DNA of 64,000 nt, from the NCBI GenBank assembly GCA_040437565.1, contig JBDOQK010000008.1, positions 372,001 through 436,000 on the forward strand, given 5' to 3'. Origin of the DNA: Albugo candida. Lineage: Eukaryota. Each line of letters begins with the position of its first letter. Position 1 is the stretch's first letter. This document shows positions 37,485 through 48,067 of the stretch, one piece after another. Below the pieces are notes generated by a model that saw nothing but the letters and a program-made list of their open reading frames with translations, was not told the origin of the DNA and made no database searches. The position numbers were made by a program, and so were the translations under genes.

Positions 37485-38981
37485 TTATAGCGGCGCTGAT
37501 GACAAACTCTGTGGATCTTGAGCTTGCAATACTTCGATGGCGTCCGAACAAAATTTATACAGGAAACAATTTTTCCGAATTGCTTTTTGCGTTTTGCCCA
37601 GCAATGTCAAAATCTTTTTCTTTTCTTGGCCATGAATGTCAGCAAATTTCTCAAGAGCATGTAATGATTGGATGATGCTGTGTCCTAGCGGAAGCAACGT
37701 TAAAGTGTGATCTCGTCCGGCATGCATTCCTTCTGCACTCAAAGTCGCGCAGTAGGCGACGGAGCGTAAAACGCCCACAAAAATATCTTCAGTATGATAA
37801 GTAATTCGTGGCCAAGCACTTGAAATAATATCCTTTAATAGCAATAAAGCCTCCGATACCAAAGCTGTGTTAGTGCTATCAAATGTGCGCAATGTCACCT
37901 CCAACAAAGGCTGTAGATATACAATCAAGTGGATGCTTTGAGGAGCGCCCATGGCCGTGAGCATTTTTCGAATACTACGAAGTAAAAGTAGCCGGATTTC
38001 ATGCTCAATCGCGAGATTCGCGTCATTGATCAGTCGCGGAAAAAATTGGTCATAAAGATCAAAACTCTGCGATGGGATTTGGAGTAATTCCAATGCCGAA
38101 ATGAGGGAAGCCAATGCCAAATCCAAGACCGCAGGCGTCCGCGTCGTGATTGCCCGGCGTAAGACTTGTAGTAAAATGTCCGAGTACCATCGTAATTCCG
38201 TAGCAGTGACATTTTTGATAATATGATACAGAATTTCGATTCCAACGAGTTGCGTTGTTCGATTGCAAGCATCCACAAGAGGAAATACAAGTGCCAAAAG
38301 ACGACCCAGCACATCTCCACCGAGATTTGGGAAGCTAACTTTCGATACCATCCAGCGTAAGACAAGCTTGGGAAGTGACTGCGGTAAAATCCACTCTTCT
38401 TTCGATGTATTTTGCGAAACCAAAGAAAGCAATTGAGTTAAAAATGTGCTGTAAACCTCATTCTGATTTTTGCATGTAGAAAGGTTTTCACACGATTGCA
38501 GTATACCCTCACCAATCACAAGTAGACTTTTCGATTGTGCTCTATGTACTTTGGTCGAAGGGATGCATATACAGCAAATACATGCGGCAGCATACGCAGC
38601 CAGTGGCACCCACGAAGCAATAAAGGTGCTTGCAGCATCCTCATGAGCGTACGTGCCGACCATCTTGTTTAGTGTTGTCGCTAGCTGAGTAAGATTCATA
38701 GCCATTCTATTACTCACAGTAGGTGTAGACTTCTCCCCGCTTGCAATGTCACAACAGTACTGAATCAACATTCGAGCTAGTGCTTTGATGCATTGGTTCT
38801 TGGCGTTTATATTGCATTCAGATGGGCTCTTTTCTTCCTCGCAGTATGTGGCAAGTTCATCCAAAACGACTGTTGTTATCTGCTCCGGTTGAACGCCTGT
38901 ATCGTCCGAAATGTTTCGGAGCAGACAGAGCTCATTTTGTATGCTTTCCAGATGGTCATCTAAGAATCGCTGGTATATCAT
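37485..38981 (-). CDS. TTI2: TELO2-interacting protein 2 homolog (ARM repeats)
   Basis: LALVFPLVD...LVGIEILYHIIKNVTATELRWY; YLQPLL...LKDIISSAWPRITYH, resembling remembered TTI2 motifs. The first in-frame ATG is used as start. Confidence 0.7.
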   Translation of the reverse strand: MIYQRFLDDHLESIQNELCLLRNISDDTGVQPEQITTVVLDELATYCEEEKSPSECNINAKNQCIKALARMLIQYCCDIASGEKSTPTVSNRMAMNLTQLATTLNKMVGTYAHEDAASTFIASWVPLAAYAAACICCICIPSTKVHRAQSKSLLVIGEGILQSCENLSTCKNQNEVYSTFLTQLLSLVSQNTSKEEWILPQSLPKLVLRWMVSKVSFPNLGGDVLGRLLALVFPLVDACNRTTQLVGIEILYHIIKNVTATELRWYSDILLQVLRRAITTRTPAVLDLALASLISALELLQIPSQSFDLYDQFFPRLINDANLAIEHEIRLLLLRSIRKMLTAMGAPQSIHLIVYLQPLLEVTLRTFDSTNTALVSEALLLLKDIISSAWPRITYHTEDIFVGVLRSVAYCATLSAEGMHAGRDHTLTLLPLGHSIIQSLHALEKFADIHGQEKKKILTLLGKTQKAIRKNCFLYKFCSDAIEVLQAQDPQSLSSAPL

Positions 38982-39040
38982 TAAGCATTTTTCATCCAAT
39001 TACATTATATGAGTGCGCAAAATATTCATTTGTATGGTCT

Positions 39041-41644
39041 CTAGCTAAATACAAACGTTTGCTTCCTGTCGTCTACCTGTTCACTAGCCAATCCTGTTTG
39101 GCACATCCGATCTGCACGCGCATTCCCGACAATACGCTGCAATCGATAACGATCTAGCACGGTATACAGCGCAATGGATGTCAATTGCACCGGAGCGATC
39201 TCTTCGTCGCTCTCACTCTCATGTTCACCATCTTGATCGATATTCTCAGCAGTGGCTGTGGCAGCTGATGATTCCATCATCGCATTTAGAAAGTCTGCGT
39301 AGAATGAGCCTATAACAGGAATACCATACCACACAACTTGACGTATGCCACGGATGACGTATTCGTGATAAAAGTGGAATCGTTCCGTCACGAGTAGCAC
39401 ATGCACGCGTCCGTGGAAAAACGATGTGCGTGCTCGCGAAATGCTCTTTGTCGGTGTGTATTCACAACAATGTGCGCACTTAATGATTTTTTGGTTCATC
39501 GTTTCAGCGAAAAAGTTGCGCAAGCGGACAAAGTCAAAGTACGATGGTATGAATATGAGCACATGCTTCTTCGGTGACGATAGTAATGGTTGTAGTATGT
39601 GCTTCTCAAAGTACGCAAATCGTACGTCAGCCTCACTGGCGGTGGAACTTGGTGGAAGTTCAATACGCTGGAAGAGTTGATAAATTCGTGGGACAATACT
39701 GGACATGGCCGCGAGGGCTGGGTCGTGCTTATCGAGAAGATCAAGCTGTGTGGGATTTGAAAATTTTGATCCGGGTGCCGAAGCAATTTGATATCGTCGT
39801 TGGTATTTGACGGCCCCTCCTATGTTTCGGCAATTTCGAGATCCCAACAGCGAATGCAGTGCAGGATCCATCCCATGACAATACATGATTGTCTGACGGA
39901 AGTAAGATCCTAGAAAGGCTAAATTCCACTCTCTAACTCGCGAGAAATCCGCCGTTGGAGCTTCTTTGGGTTTAACATTCAAAACTTGTAGTATCGTGCG
40001 GACATGCTCGAGATTTTGCATCAGCATGATAGTAGCCGAGTCGACCACACAAATCTCAATAGATGATAATATATCATTCGATAGCGACGGTACTGAATTT
40101 TCTTCAGTTTCCGGACGTTGTTGCAATGCATCGACGGCAGCCGCGGTCTCGACAATAGCATCTCCAAAGTGCTGACGCAATCCTAACGGTGAAGCTAGAA
40201 TGATGTCGGCTCGAGAATAGTCGCTGAAAAAGCGCATATTTCTTCGGGAGAATGAAAGACCGAGATGAAAGCAATCGTCTGTATCACCCATGGAGAAAAT
40301 ATCCTTCCAATTTTTGTCACTGAGCTGCTCCGAGTCGCATTTTTCGTCTTCAACTGAGGCGTTCAAGGTGCCGTATTCTTTTACGAACCGATCTTTGTTG
40401 ATGAAATGTTTGATTGAAAAAGGTAAGATTGAGACAATTTTTTCCACAAACGCGACTGCAGCACTTCGGATTGGAAGCAAAATCAAAACTGTTGGCCGAG
40501 AAAAGCCTTGGTCACGGCAATCTTCTTCTTCATCACCATTGTCGGTGCGTAAACGAGCATTATTTCGGGCAACTATATCTCGAGATTGCAAGACGTGATT
40601 GAGAACATGCATGGCTGTAAGAAGACGTAATGTTGCAGTGTTTTGATGTGTTTGTGCTGCAAAAAGTATGTCTTTATACATGTTTAGGTCTGACCACAAT
40701 GAGCCAGTGACGCTGTCTTGTTTTAGACTCTTAGCTAAGTCGACAAATTTTTCCTTCCAAATATCGCGCAGCCGAGGGAACACCGAGAGGGTCCAGTCCT
40801 TATGCGGCGATGGTGTTGAGTCTTGCCATATCGTCAATATTTGACGATCCAACTCTTCAAGGCTTTTTTTTTCACTGGGGCCTGCCAAATACGAAATAGG
40901 TACTCCGGGCTTCTCCCAGAGTGTCAGACCGCTTGCCGAGCGCATGTCTATTTTGTGATACTTTTGCTGTCTTTTTTGAAAATGAAAGGCTTCATTCTGC
41001 GTCAGCGAAATGCTCTGATAGCGCTGATGATATATAGTTTTTTCTTCTTCCTGCTCTTTTTCATCATCGCCTTCCTCTTCAGTCCAGTCTTCATCAATGT
41101 CATCACAATCACTGATTACAGTAGGCTCTACCTGGAAAGCTTCACGTATACCATCACCAGCGATTGAATCATCTTCTTCACTTTCAGATGTATTGGCACC
41201 AAACGTTTGCACAAATTCATCAAAAACCGACAAAGAGTCTTGCTTCTTTTTGACATTTGATTCTGACTCTGATTGTGTTGACTCAATTGTAACCTCCAAT
41301 CCTTCTGACTCAACGTCCACCCTTGCCGGCTTCCTGCGATTATGTTTCGTGACGCCTCCATAAAGCGTCGTAGCCTTTTGTTGCTTATCACGTACAAGAG
41401 TATTTCGCCTTTCAACAAGCTTCTGAGCTTTCCAGTCGTCAATTTTTCGTTGCTTAGCTCTAGCAGCAGTCATTTTGATCTGCCATTGTGACTTCATCGT
41501 AACTTTACGTTGCAATTGGCTCTTGTCGCCGTCATTGGCAGCTACATTATCCATTCCTTGATCATTTCCATATTCCTCCCAGCTGTTTCCACGCTTTCGT
41601 TTTTTTCGACCGCTTTGCTTACCTTTGCGCTTGGATTTTGCCAT
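39041..41644 (-). CDS. UTP25: U3 snoRNA-associated protein 25 (DEF/DIEXF)
   Basis: HVLNHVLQSRDIVARNNARL; RDQGFSRPTVLILLP; DDCFHLGL; ADIILASPLGLR; LIFIPSYFDFVRLRN; LVTERFHFY; RLQRIVG. Confidence 0.95.
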   Translation of the reverse strand: MAKSKRKGKQSGRKKRKRGNSWEEYGNDQGMDNVAANDGDKSQLQRKVTMKSQWQIKMTAARAKQRKIDDWKAQKLVERRNTLVRDKQQKATTLYGGVTKHNRRKPARVDVESEGLEVTIESTQSESESNVKKKQDSLSVFDEFVQTFGANTSESEEDDSIAGDGIREAFQVEPTVISDCDDIDEDWTEEEGDDEKEQEEEKTIYHQRYQSISLTQNEAFHFQKRQQKYHKIDMRSASGLTLWEKPGVPISYLAGPSEKKSLEELDRQILTIWQDSTPSPHKDWTLSVFPRLRDIWKEKFVDLAKSLKQDSVTGSLWSDLNMYKDILFAAQTHQNTATLRLLTAMHVLNHVLQSRDIVARNNARLRTDNGDEEEDCRDQGFSRPTVLILLPIRSAAVAFVEKIVSILPFSIKHFINKDRFVKEYGTLNASVEDEKCDSEQLSDKNWKDIFSMGDTDDCFHLGLSFSRRNMRFFSDYSRADIILASPLGLRQHFGDAIVETAAAVDALQQRPETEENSVPSLSNDILSSIEICVVDSATIMLMQNLEHVRTILQVLNVKPKEAPTADFSRVREWNLAFLGSYFRQTIMYCHGMDPALHSLLGSRNCRNIGGAVKYQRRYQIASAPGSKFSNPTQLDLLDKHDPALAAMSSIVPRIYQLFQRIELPPSSTASEADVRFAYFEKHILQPLLSSPKKHVLIFIPSYFDFVRLRNFFAETMNQKIIKCAHCCEYTPTKSISRARTSFFHGRVHVLLVTERFHFYHEYVIRGIRQVVWYGIPVIGSFYADFLNAMMESSAATATAENIDQDGEHESESDEEIAPVQLTSIALYTVLDRYRLQRIVGNARADRMCQTGLASEQVDDRKQTFVFS

Positions 41645-41844
41645 TCTCAATGCAATCGATGTTGCCTCCAATCATATATTTATCCAATCAAATAGCTAAG
41701 TAAGCAGCAGTATCCAATCATACGAGATGAATTGCAAAATAGCAAGTACAAGGCGTGTATAGCAATAGCATAAGCATGAAAAATATGAGATTTAGCTGGG
41801 ACATTCTCGCCGCACAAAATGATCCTACTTTTCCAGATATTCTA

Positions 41845-42385
41845 TCATGTTTTTTGTTCAGCTTCAGTTTTGGGCAAGATAAGCTTCTTGTCCTTCCCTG
41901 GTGGGTCTCGAATGCTGACTCGAAGAAGCCTGCCATCCACTTCCTGTAATATACGTGCTATTTGAGCGCAATTACATGATGTGTGTGATATTCACAGCTT
42001 ACATGTCCATTCATTTCGCTGGTCGCCTCCAATGCCTCATCAAAAGTTGCATATTCAATTGCTGCCCATTTGTGTGATGCAGAATGCTCAGGAACCCATA
42101 AATGCTCTGAGATCATGACAATATTCGGAAAAGATTGAAAAAGTAGTTTTGCAGCTAGTTACCGCTTTTGATATCTCCAAATTTTCCAAAAACTTTGCGC
42201 AAGCGGCCTTGGTCAGTGGCCCAATGCAAGCCTATATCATTCCAGTGAATGCAGTGTTTTATGGCTGAATACAAAATGTGACTACCTATGATAAGGATAA
42301 ATGTGCTCGAGTAAAGTCTCTTGTGATTTAGTGTGCGATTGTCAACGTTCTTGGCAACCAGCCAGCGAGCCAGCGTAGAGCGCAT
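41845..42385 (-). CDS. Small single-RRM RNA-binding protein with a possible mitochondrial presequence (about 4 exons)
   Basis: MRSTLARWLVAK...RLYSS; GLHWATDQGRLRKVFGKFGDIKS; WAAIEYATFDEALEATSEMNGH; EVDGRLLRVSIRDPP, joined by GT-AG introns. Confidence 0.75.
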
Positions 42386-42586
42386 CAGGAGATACTGCTC
42401 TTACCGGTAAGTTCGATTTATCACAATGTAGTGTCTACAAAATGCCTTTGCGAATCTAAGACAAGCTATAGATTTTTATGAAATATTAAGAAAAAGGTTA
42501 GTTGCCACGGATCACATTTTATCGCTTACGAGAAGCTGATATTGTCGCAGTCAGCAAATGCCACAACAAAGACACGGCTGATAGTG

Positions 42587-42822
42587 TGTTGTCAGTCCAC
42601 ACTTCGAAACGCAGCCTCGCTGCTCTCGTTAACACAACCCCCGTGTAGTGTATTACTTATTGGGTAAAAAGTTAGCCTATCTAGCTACCACTCCTTTTTG
42701 TTCCGTAAATCTGCTACTCTGAACCCAGATCCACTCCAGACCCAGCACTTCCCCAAAATGGTATCTTCAGCTCGCTGAGGATGTCTTTGATTACAGGGTC
42801 CTCCTGGTGGCGCAATGCATAC
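42587..42822 (-). mobile_element. 3' fragment of a Gypsy element: LTR (42587-42747), PPT (42748-42758) and end of the internal region
   Basis: Reverse complement aligns to 46337-46605 (gtatgcattgcg...aaagacatcctca...ggggaag|TG...). LTR termini TG...CAACA. Confidence 0.8.
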
Positions 42823-43364
42823 GATCGAAGCGCCGCCAAAAGTATCGTGCTTTCACATAGGAGTATCGTCATGAGCGGTGACGACAGACGACGAAGCCCT
42901 CTGTGAAATGTTGACGAGCACGTCCTTCAAAATATTGTACAGACCCAGACAAGACTGGTAATACCGAAAAGCTCGTTGCAGAGGTCCATCGTGTCGGATG
43001 CTGCGGAGGAACGGGCGCGACACAGTGAAGAAACAGCGCACAGGGTACAGGAACATTTGGCTCAAATTTGGCTCAGCAGTATCAGAGCCATCTGGCGTTG
43101 AATGAGCAATAGCAATCCATTGAACGAGAAATGGAGCAACACCTAAGAGTTTCTGAAAATCAAAATCCTAGCAATCGCTTAAATCAAGTACCAAGTGCGA
43201 CTAGAAACCCTGACAGACAATCAATTTCAAGGATCAAAGAGCCAGTATAATTCTCTAACAATGATCAAGGTCTAAAAAATGTCTATTAAAAGTCGTTGCT
43301 GCAGTATTCTATGCAGGAATTGCAATCAAGCTCATCGAAAAATGTGCTTGGCATTGGGGAGGGT

Positions 43365-44390
43365 TCAGCAGCGAGTTGATCCACCCTTACCAGCAAGAAC
43401 AGCAGCATATCGCCTTTGCATTGACTCATCTAGACATCAAAGCATCTCGGGGATGCCTTGTTGTATTGCTCACAAAGTATGGTAGCCATGTGTTTGACGT
43501 TTTTTGGCCTGCCGCGGTTCTGGACGGCATCTGTAAGATTCTTCCACAGGTTTTCGAAGGGGTTGAGATTAGGTCTTTGGGCAGGCCGTTCTAGCTTTGC
43601 AAGCGACAGATTCTCACCCCAGTTTTTGATGTACTACTACGTTGGACTGGCACACCATACGTTTTAAGAATTAGGTATTTCTTGCCATCCTGGTCGCCCA
43701 CCCATGGTTTAAGTGCAGCGTCATAGATTAGTCTGACAAAGTCGGTGTCAGTACGATGTTGGGGTGGCATGATGACCATCAGAAATATCCTCTCACCATT
43801 AAAGTACCCCAGTCATCACCGAGGACCGCCCCGCTTAAATGTTGTCGCCAAATACTCAGAAACGAGCTCTTCATCCACGCGACGCCACACAACAACCTGG
43901 CGAGAATTCTTGCCAATCTAAAAGGTGGACTCTTCGGTCCAAATGACCTTATTCCAATCCTCTACTGTCCAATTATTGTATTTCCGAGCAAACTCCAATC
44001 TCTTAACATTGTGCTTATCTGTCAAAACAGGCTTCTTGGCGGTGATGCGGCTTTTGAAACCCATTTCATGGAGGGCGCTACGGATTGTGCCTGGCGATGT
44101 CGGAGTACTCGCATTGTTTACGACTTCTCCAAGTGGCATCCGCCGGCTCTGCATCACAGTGCTACCAATAGACCTGCGGTCTCTTTCTGAGTGTTTTGGC
44201 GGTCTAGCTCTTGACTTGGGAGCCCTCACCGACCCTCTTTTACCCCAGCTCTGTAGCACTGTCGAACTGGTTGACTGGATTCAACCTGTCTGGGCGCTGA
44301 TATCCCGCTTTTTAAGCCTGCCTGATGCAATCCGACAATGGTAGCTTTCTCTCCAGTGCGTTAGCAACGTGAATTCATATTTTCCAAATG
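43365..44390 (-). mobile_element. Degenerate Tc1/mariner transposase
   Basis: RARPPKHSERDRR...TIRSALHEMG...KKPVLTDKH...RLEFARKY.NWTVEDWNKVIWTEESTF, PAQRPNLNPFENLW and C-terminal KGGSTR. Stops, frameshifts and mutated DDE residues. Confidence 0.88.
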
Positions 44391-44599
44391 GTTTGATGTC
44401 CGGACCGCAAAGTAAGATGGTTTGATCGTCCTCTTTATCTTGTTTTTTATGGTGTNNNNNNNNNNNNNNNNNNNNNNNNNNNNNNNNNNNNNNNNNNNNN
44501 NNNNNNNNNNNNNNNNNNNNNNNNNNNNNNNNNNNNNNNNNNNNNNNNNNNNNNNATAGACGAAATTGAGAGAGTACAGTAAGCAGCCAAGATCCAGTT

Positions 44600-46605
44600 T
44601 GATCAACAACTTGATAGCGCGTACCGTACGAAATCCGGAAGAATCAGAATTTCAGACGAGCTGTCCAAGATCTAGGTTAAACTGTGTGTAGTGGCCCAAT
44701 TTGGTATTGGTGGCGATCGTGGAGTCGATGTGACGACTCATTATGTGGCCGAGTTGTACGATTGAAAATACATTGAAGCAAGATGTTCAGATGTTTATGA
44801 AGCAATGCTTGCACGTAGTTCTACGGACGTAACAGTTCTGCGAGTACTTGGAGAAGGGCTACATGGTACGAAGCCAAACGATTATTACACTGGGAATATG
44901 TGTATATTATGAATTTGGATACGGGACAGCACTATATTCTAGTAGCTAAAGACGATGCATCCAAGTATGTGTGGCTCAAAGCAGTCGCTGAGGCAGACGC
45001 CGCAACCACGTGCGAGGTATTGCTGGATTGGTTTGCATCATTTATAATATGTTACCGGTGGGGGTCCGTACCCAGCTCAGTCGGTTGAGAACTTGAGCGC
45101 ACGGACCCCTGCCGGAGGTCGTTAGTTCGATCCCGGCAGTGTGGGCAGCGGTTTGAGCCCACCCAAGCAATAAGCTTGGAAAATATCTGCCTCCCTAGGT
45201 TTGAAGTCAGACTTACGTGATATTNNNNNNNNNNNNNNNNNNNNNNNNNNNNNNNNNNNNNNNNNNNNNNNNNNNNNNNNNNNNNNNNNNNNNNNNNNNN
45301 NNNNNNNNNNNNNNNNNNNNNNNNCCACCCAAGCAATAAGCTTGGAAAATATCTGCCTCCCTAGGTTTGAAGTCAGACTTACGTGATATTCACACGGTCA
45401 AGGGCTCATGATAGGATAAGGAAGGTAGTTAGAAAACCAGATAAACAGTGTAATGAAATCCTTGACAAAGCAAAAAAAAATGTTACCGGTGGGTAAGCGA
45501 TCAAAGATTAGCTTTCAAAATGCGGTAAACGAGGACCTCCGTCATTCCCTGGGAGCCTACCATCACTCTGCGGCTGCACGCTGCCCGTGGGCAAACGCGA
45601 CTGTTGAAGTGGTAAACAAAGAGCTTCTTCGTGTTTTTCGTGCCCTCGCGAATGAATTGCGAATTAACTTGAGCGACTGGTCACGATTGGTTTTCTTAGT
45701 GCAACATGTCCACAACCAGGCTAAATCGCCGTATTTAAGGGGTTAAGCGCCGGTGTTGGTGATGACGGTGTTGGCGTGCTGCAATTTAGCCAAGGATATC
45801 GCGTTGCCTAGATGTTCATTTTGAGGTTGCAACGCATTCAGGAGTTGCAAGTCATCAAATTCGAAAATATTCATGCTAGCGCGATTAACATGCACAAATT
45901 TATACTATCAACGTGCGCTCGACTGAATGGTCGGCGTGGAGTGAAAATGGCACAATTCAGTACTGCGCTATGTTTTGTACACCAAAGTCTGGAAGACGAA
46001 GCGTGACAAAGTGCGCGCTCGCTGGAGCGGGCAAGCAACGGGGACAGGCTCCAAATCAAACTGGATTTTTACGGTGCGAAATCTTATCACTGGACAGGAA
46101 CGCGAAGCAAGAGCTAGTCGTCTCAAATTCCATGCGTGAAGGATTTGAAAGTCGAAGGCGACCTGTTAACCCTTGTCTCTCACGATAGTGAAGGCCACGT
46201 GTTGGAAGAGCTCCGCGTCTGTCATCATAATATAAAGTCCCACAGCCAAGATATGCTTGTGAAGTGGCGCGGCCTAGATGACAGTGACAATACATGGCAT
46301 CCAGTACCTCAACTGAAGGAAGATGTCTCCGCGGGAGTATGCATTGCGTCACCAGGAAGACCTCGTAATGAAAGACATCCTCAACGATCTGAATGATACC
46401 TTTCGGGGGAAGTGTTTGATCTGTAGCGTATCTGCGTACGTTATAGATGGATCACGGGGTGCGGATGCGGGTATAGGGTAGCGGGTTCACGCAATAACAA
46501 GGAGTCGTAGCTAGATATGCGAGATTGATTACCCACTAAGTAATACACTACACGGCGGCTGTGTTAATGAGAGTAGCGAGGCGACGTTTCAAAGTGGACC
46601 CCTTC
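44600..46605 (+). mobile_element. Degenerate chromodomain-bearing Ty3/Gypsy LTR retrotransposon (integrase, chromodomain, PPT, 3' LTR)
   Basis: Zn-binding relic (DVQMFMKQCLH), YILVAKDDASKYVWL, RWVSDQ, CPWANATVEVVNK, chromodomain MLVKWRGLDDSDNTWHP, PPT ttcgggggaag ending at 46412, LTR 46413-~46605. Confidence 0.9.
45063..45480 (+). mobile_element. tRNA-derived SINE (~250 bp after removing the gap and duplicated flank) with A-tail and 13-14 bp TSD
   Basis: TSD (A)TGTTACCGGTGGG at 45049-45062 and 45480-45493; A box AGCTCAGTCGG at 45074-45084; B box GTTCGATCC at 45125-45133; A9 tail at 45472-45480. Removing it restores integrase CYRWVSDQ. Confidence 0.9.
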
Positions 46606-47888
46606 CGCTGGTATCTAGCGTTTTTGCTACAATGTTCCGGATCCTTGGGAGAAAATTTCTAAAGATTAAGAAACAGGTAGCTTTATTCAAAGAAGGGTTT
46701 GATCAGAAACCGGATGACGGCTTTGATGTTGATTGGGCTGGTCCGCCCCTCCCGCTTGACCATGTCATCCTTGAGTTGCACCTGACAGTCATGAATGGGT
46801 TCTTCCAAGATGTGGTACTGGTAAAGCAACTAGGTCGTGGCATATACTTGCATCGGCAGTTTTTGGATTCGAAGGGAACGGAGAAGCTCCTACCTGTATA
46901 CTTACGAACGAGAAACTTACTGAAGTTGTTAAGCAAAGGGTGCGACTATAGCCACAGACGTTTTCACTATTCCCCCATCTCTAATTGGCTACTTTTGTGT
47001 AAAATTAATAAGATTGGCCGATAAGGTCTGCTTCTATGTAAGATACATCATAAAACTTCATTATATAAAGTCAACGTAAGTAGAATAATACCAGCTTGAG
47101 AATTTCGAATATAATGTATATTTGTTATTTGAGATAGTGTAGGCATCACGTCAAACATGCTTCGCGACGAAGCGCCATCAGAAAACTGGTCGCTGATTGA
47201 TATCAGTTAATATCTCCACTTCAGTCTCCAAAGTTCGCATCTGTATAATTACTGTAGAGAAGAGAATGGGAAATTCCGCGTTCTTGAACTCAATCTTTAT
47301 GACGTTTAAAAATGCATTACCACAAAATCTTCAGCCTGTCCCCACGCACCAATGTTATTTTTCTTCGTCGTCCTTATACGTCGATTGGAGAAACCACGCA
47401 CGACTATTGCGCAAGTTTCTCGAATTTCTGCAAAATCTGGATGATCACCTTTCTCGATACGCATGTCGCAATTCCGATTAAATTTCTCGAGAGTTTTGAT
47501 ATACTGCTTGACCTTGTCTGTCAGAGAACGATGAGTAAACAGCTCCTGTCTTTCATGTGGAGCGGCAACAGTTGATCTTTCTTAGAGAGATCTTAAAACG
47601 TGATTCCACAGAGTCAACCAAGCTAGAAGGCACGCAGCAACAAATGCACAACTTCGGAAGAAGTTCCAAACCAGGTGGTTCTACTCGAACCACAAGGGGA
47701 AAGTATAATAATGGCGTTTTTTTGAAGAAGACCCGAATCAAAGGTGCGAAGTTTTAAAACAGGACCATGGTGTCTCTTTACTTTAGGTTCACGATGGCAT
47801 TTCTATAAACAGCAATCGACTTATATTTGTATAAAGATTTCCGACCTAGAGAACATTGCATTGTATTGCTCTGTTATGATGTATCTTA

Positions 47889-48067
47889 TGTTGAAGGGCA
47901 AGTCCGCACTTCGAAACGCAGCCTCGCTGCTCTCGTTTACACGGCCCCATGCAGTGTATTACTGATTGCGTAAAAAGTTTGGCCTAACTAGCTACCGCTC
48001 CTTGTTATTCCGTAAATTCGCTACCTTGTATCCAGATCCGCTCCAGACCCTGTATTGCGCCACAACA
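47889..48067 (-). repeat. Solo LTR (179 bp) of the same Gypsy family
   Basis: TGTTG...CAACA termini; shares acttcgaaacgcagcctcgctgctctcgtt and cagatcc.ctccagaccc with 42587-42747. No TSD seen. Confidence 0.8.

Noticed and set aside
42853-43130. Retroelement gag fragment
   Set aside because: Only weak helical composition and no diagnostic motif.
45063-45140. Functional tRNA gene
   Set aside because: A and B boxes are present, but there is no acceptor-stem or anticodon cloverleaf and no T-run terminator; the TSD and A-tail indicate a SINE.
45397-45467. Hammerhead ribozyme in the SINE tail (CTCATGA...GAAA)
   Set aside because: The core is not CTGANGA, and the flanking strands pair with each other, which is the wrong topology.
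46632-47760. Coding ORFs between the LTR copies
   Set aside because: Short and unrecognisable; probably decayed repeat or pseudogene sequence.
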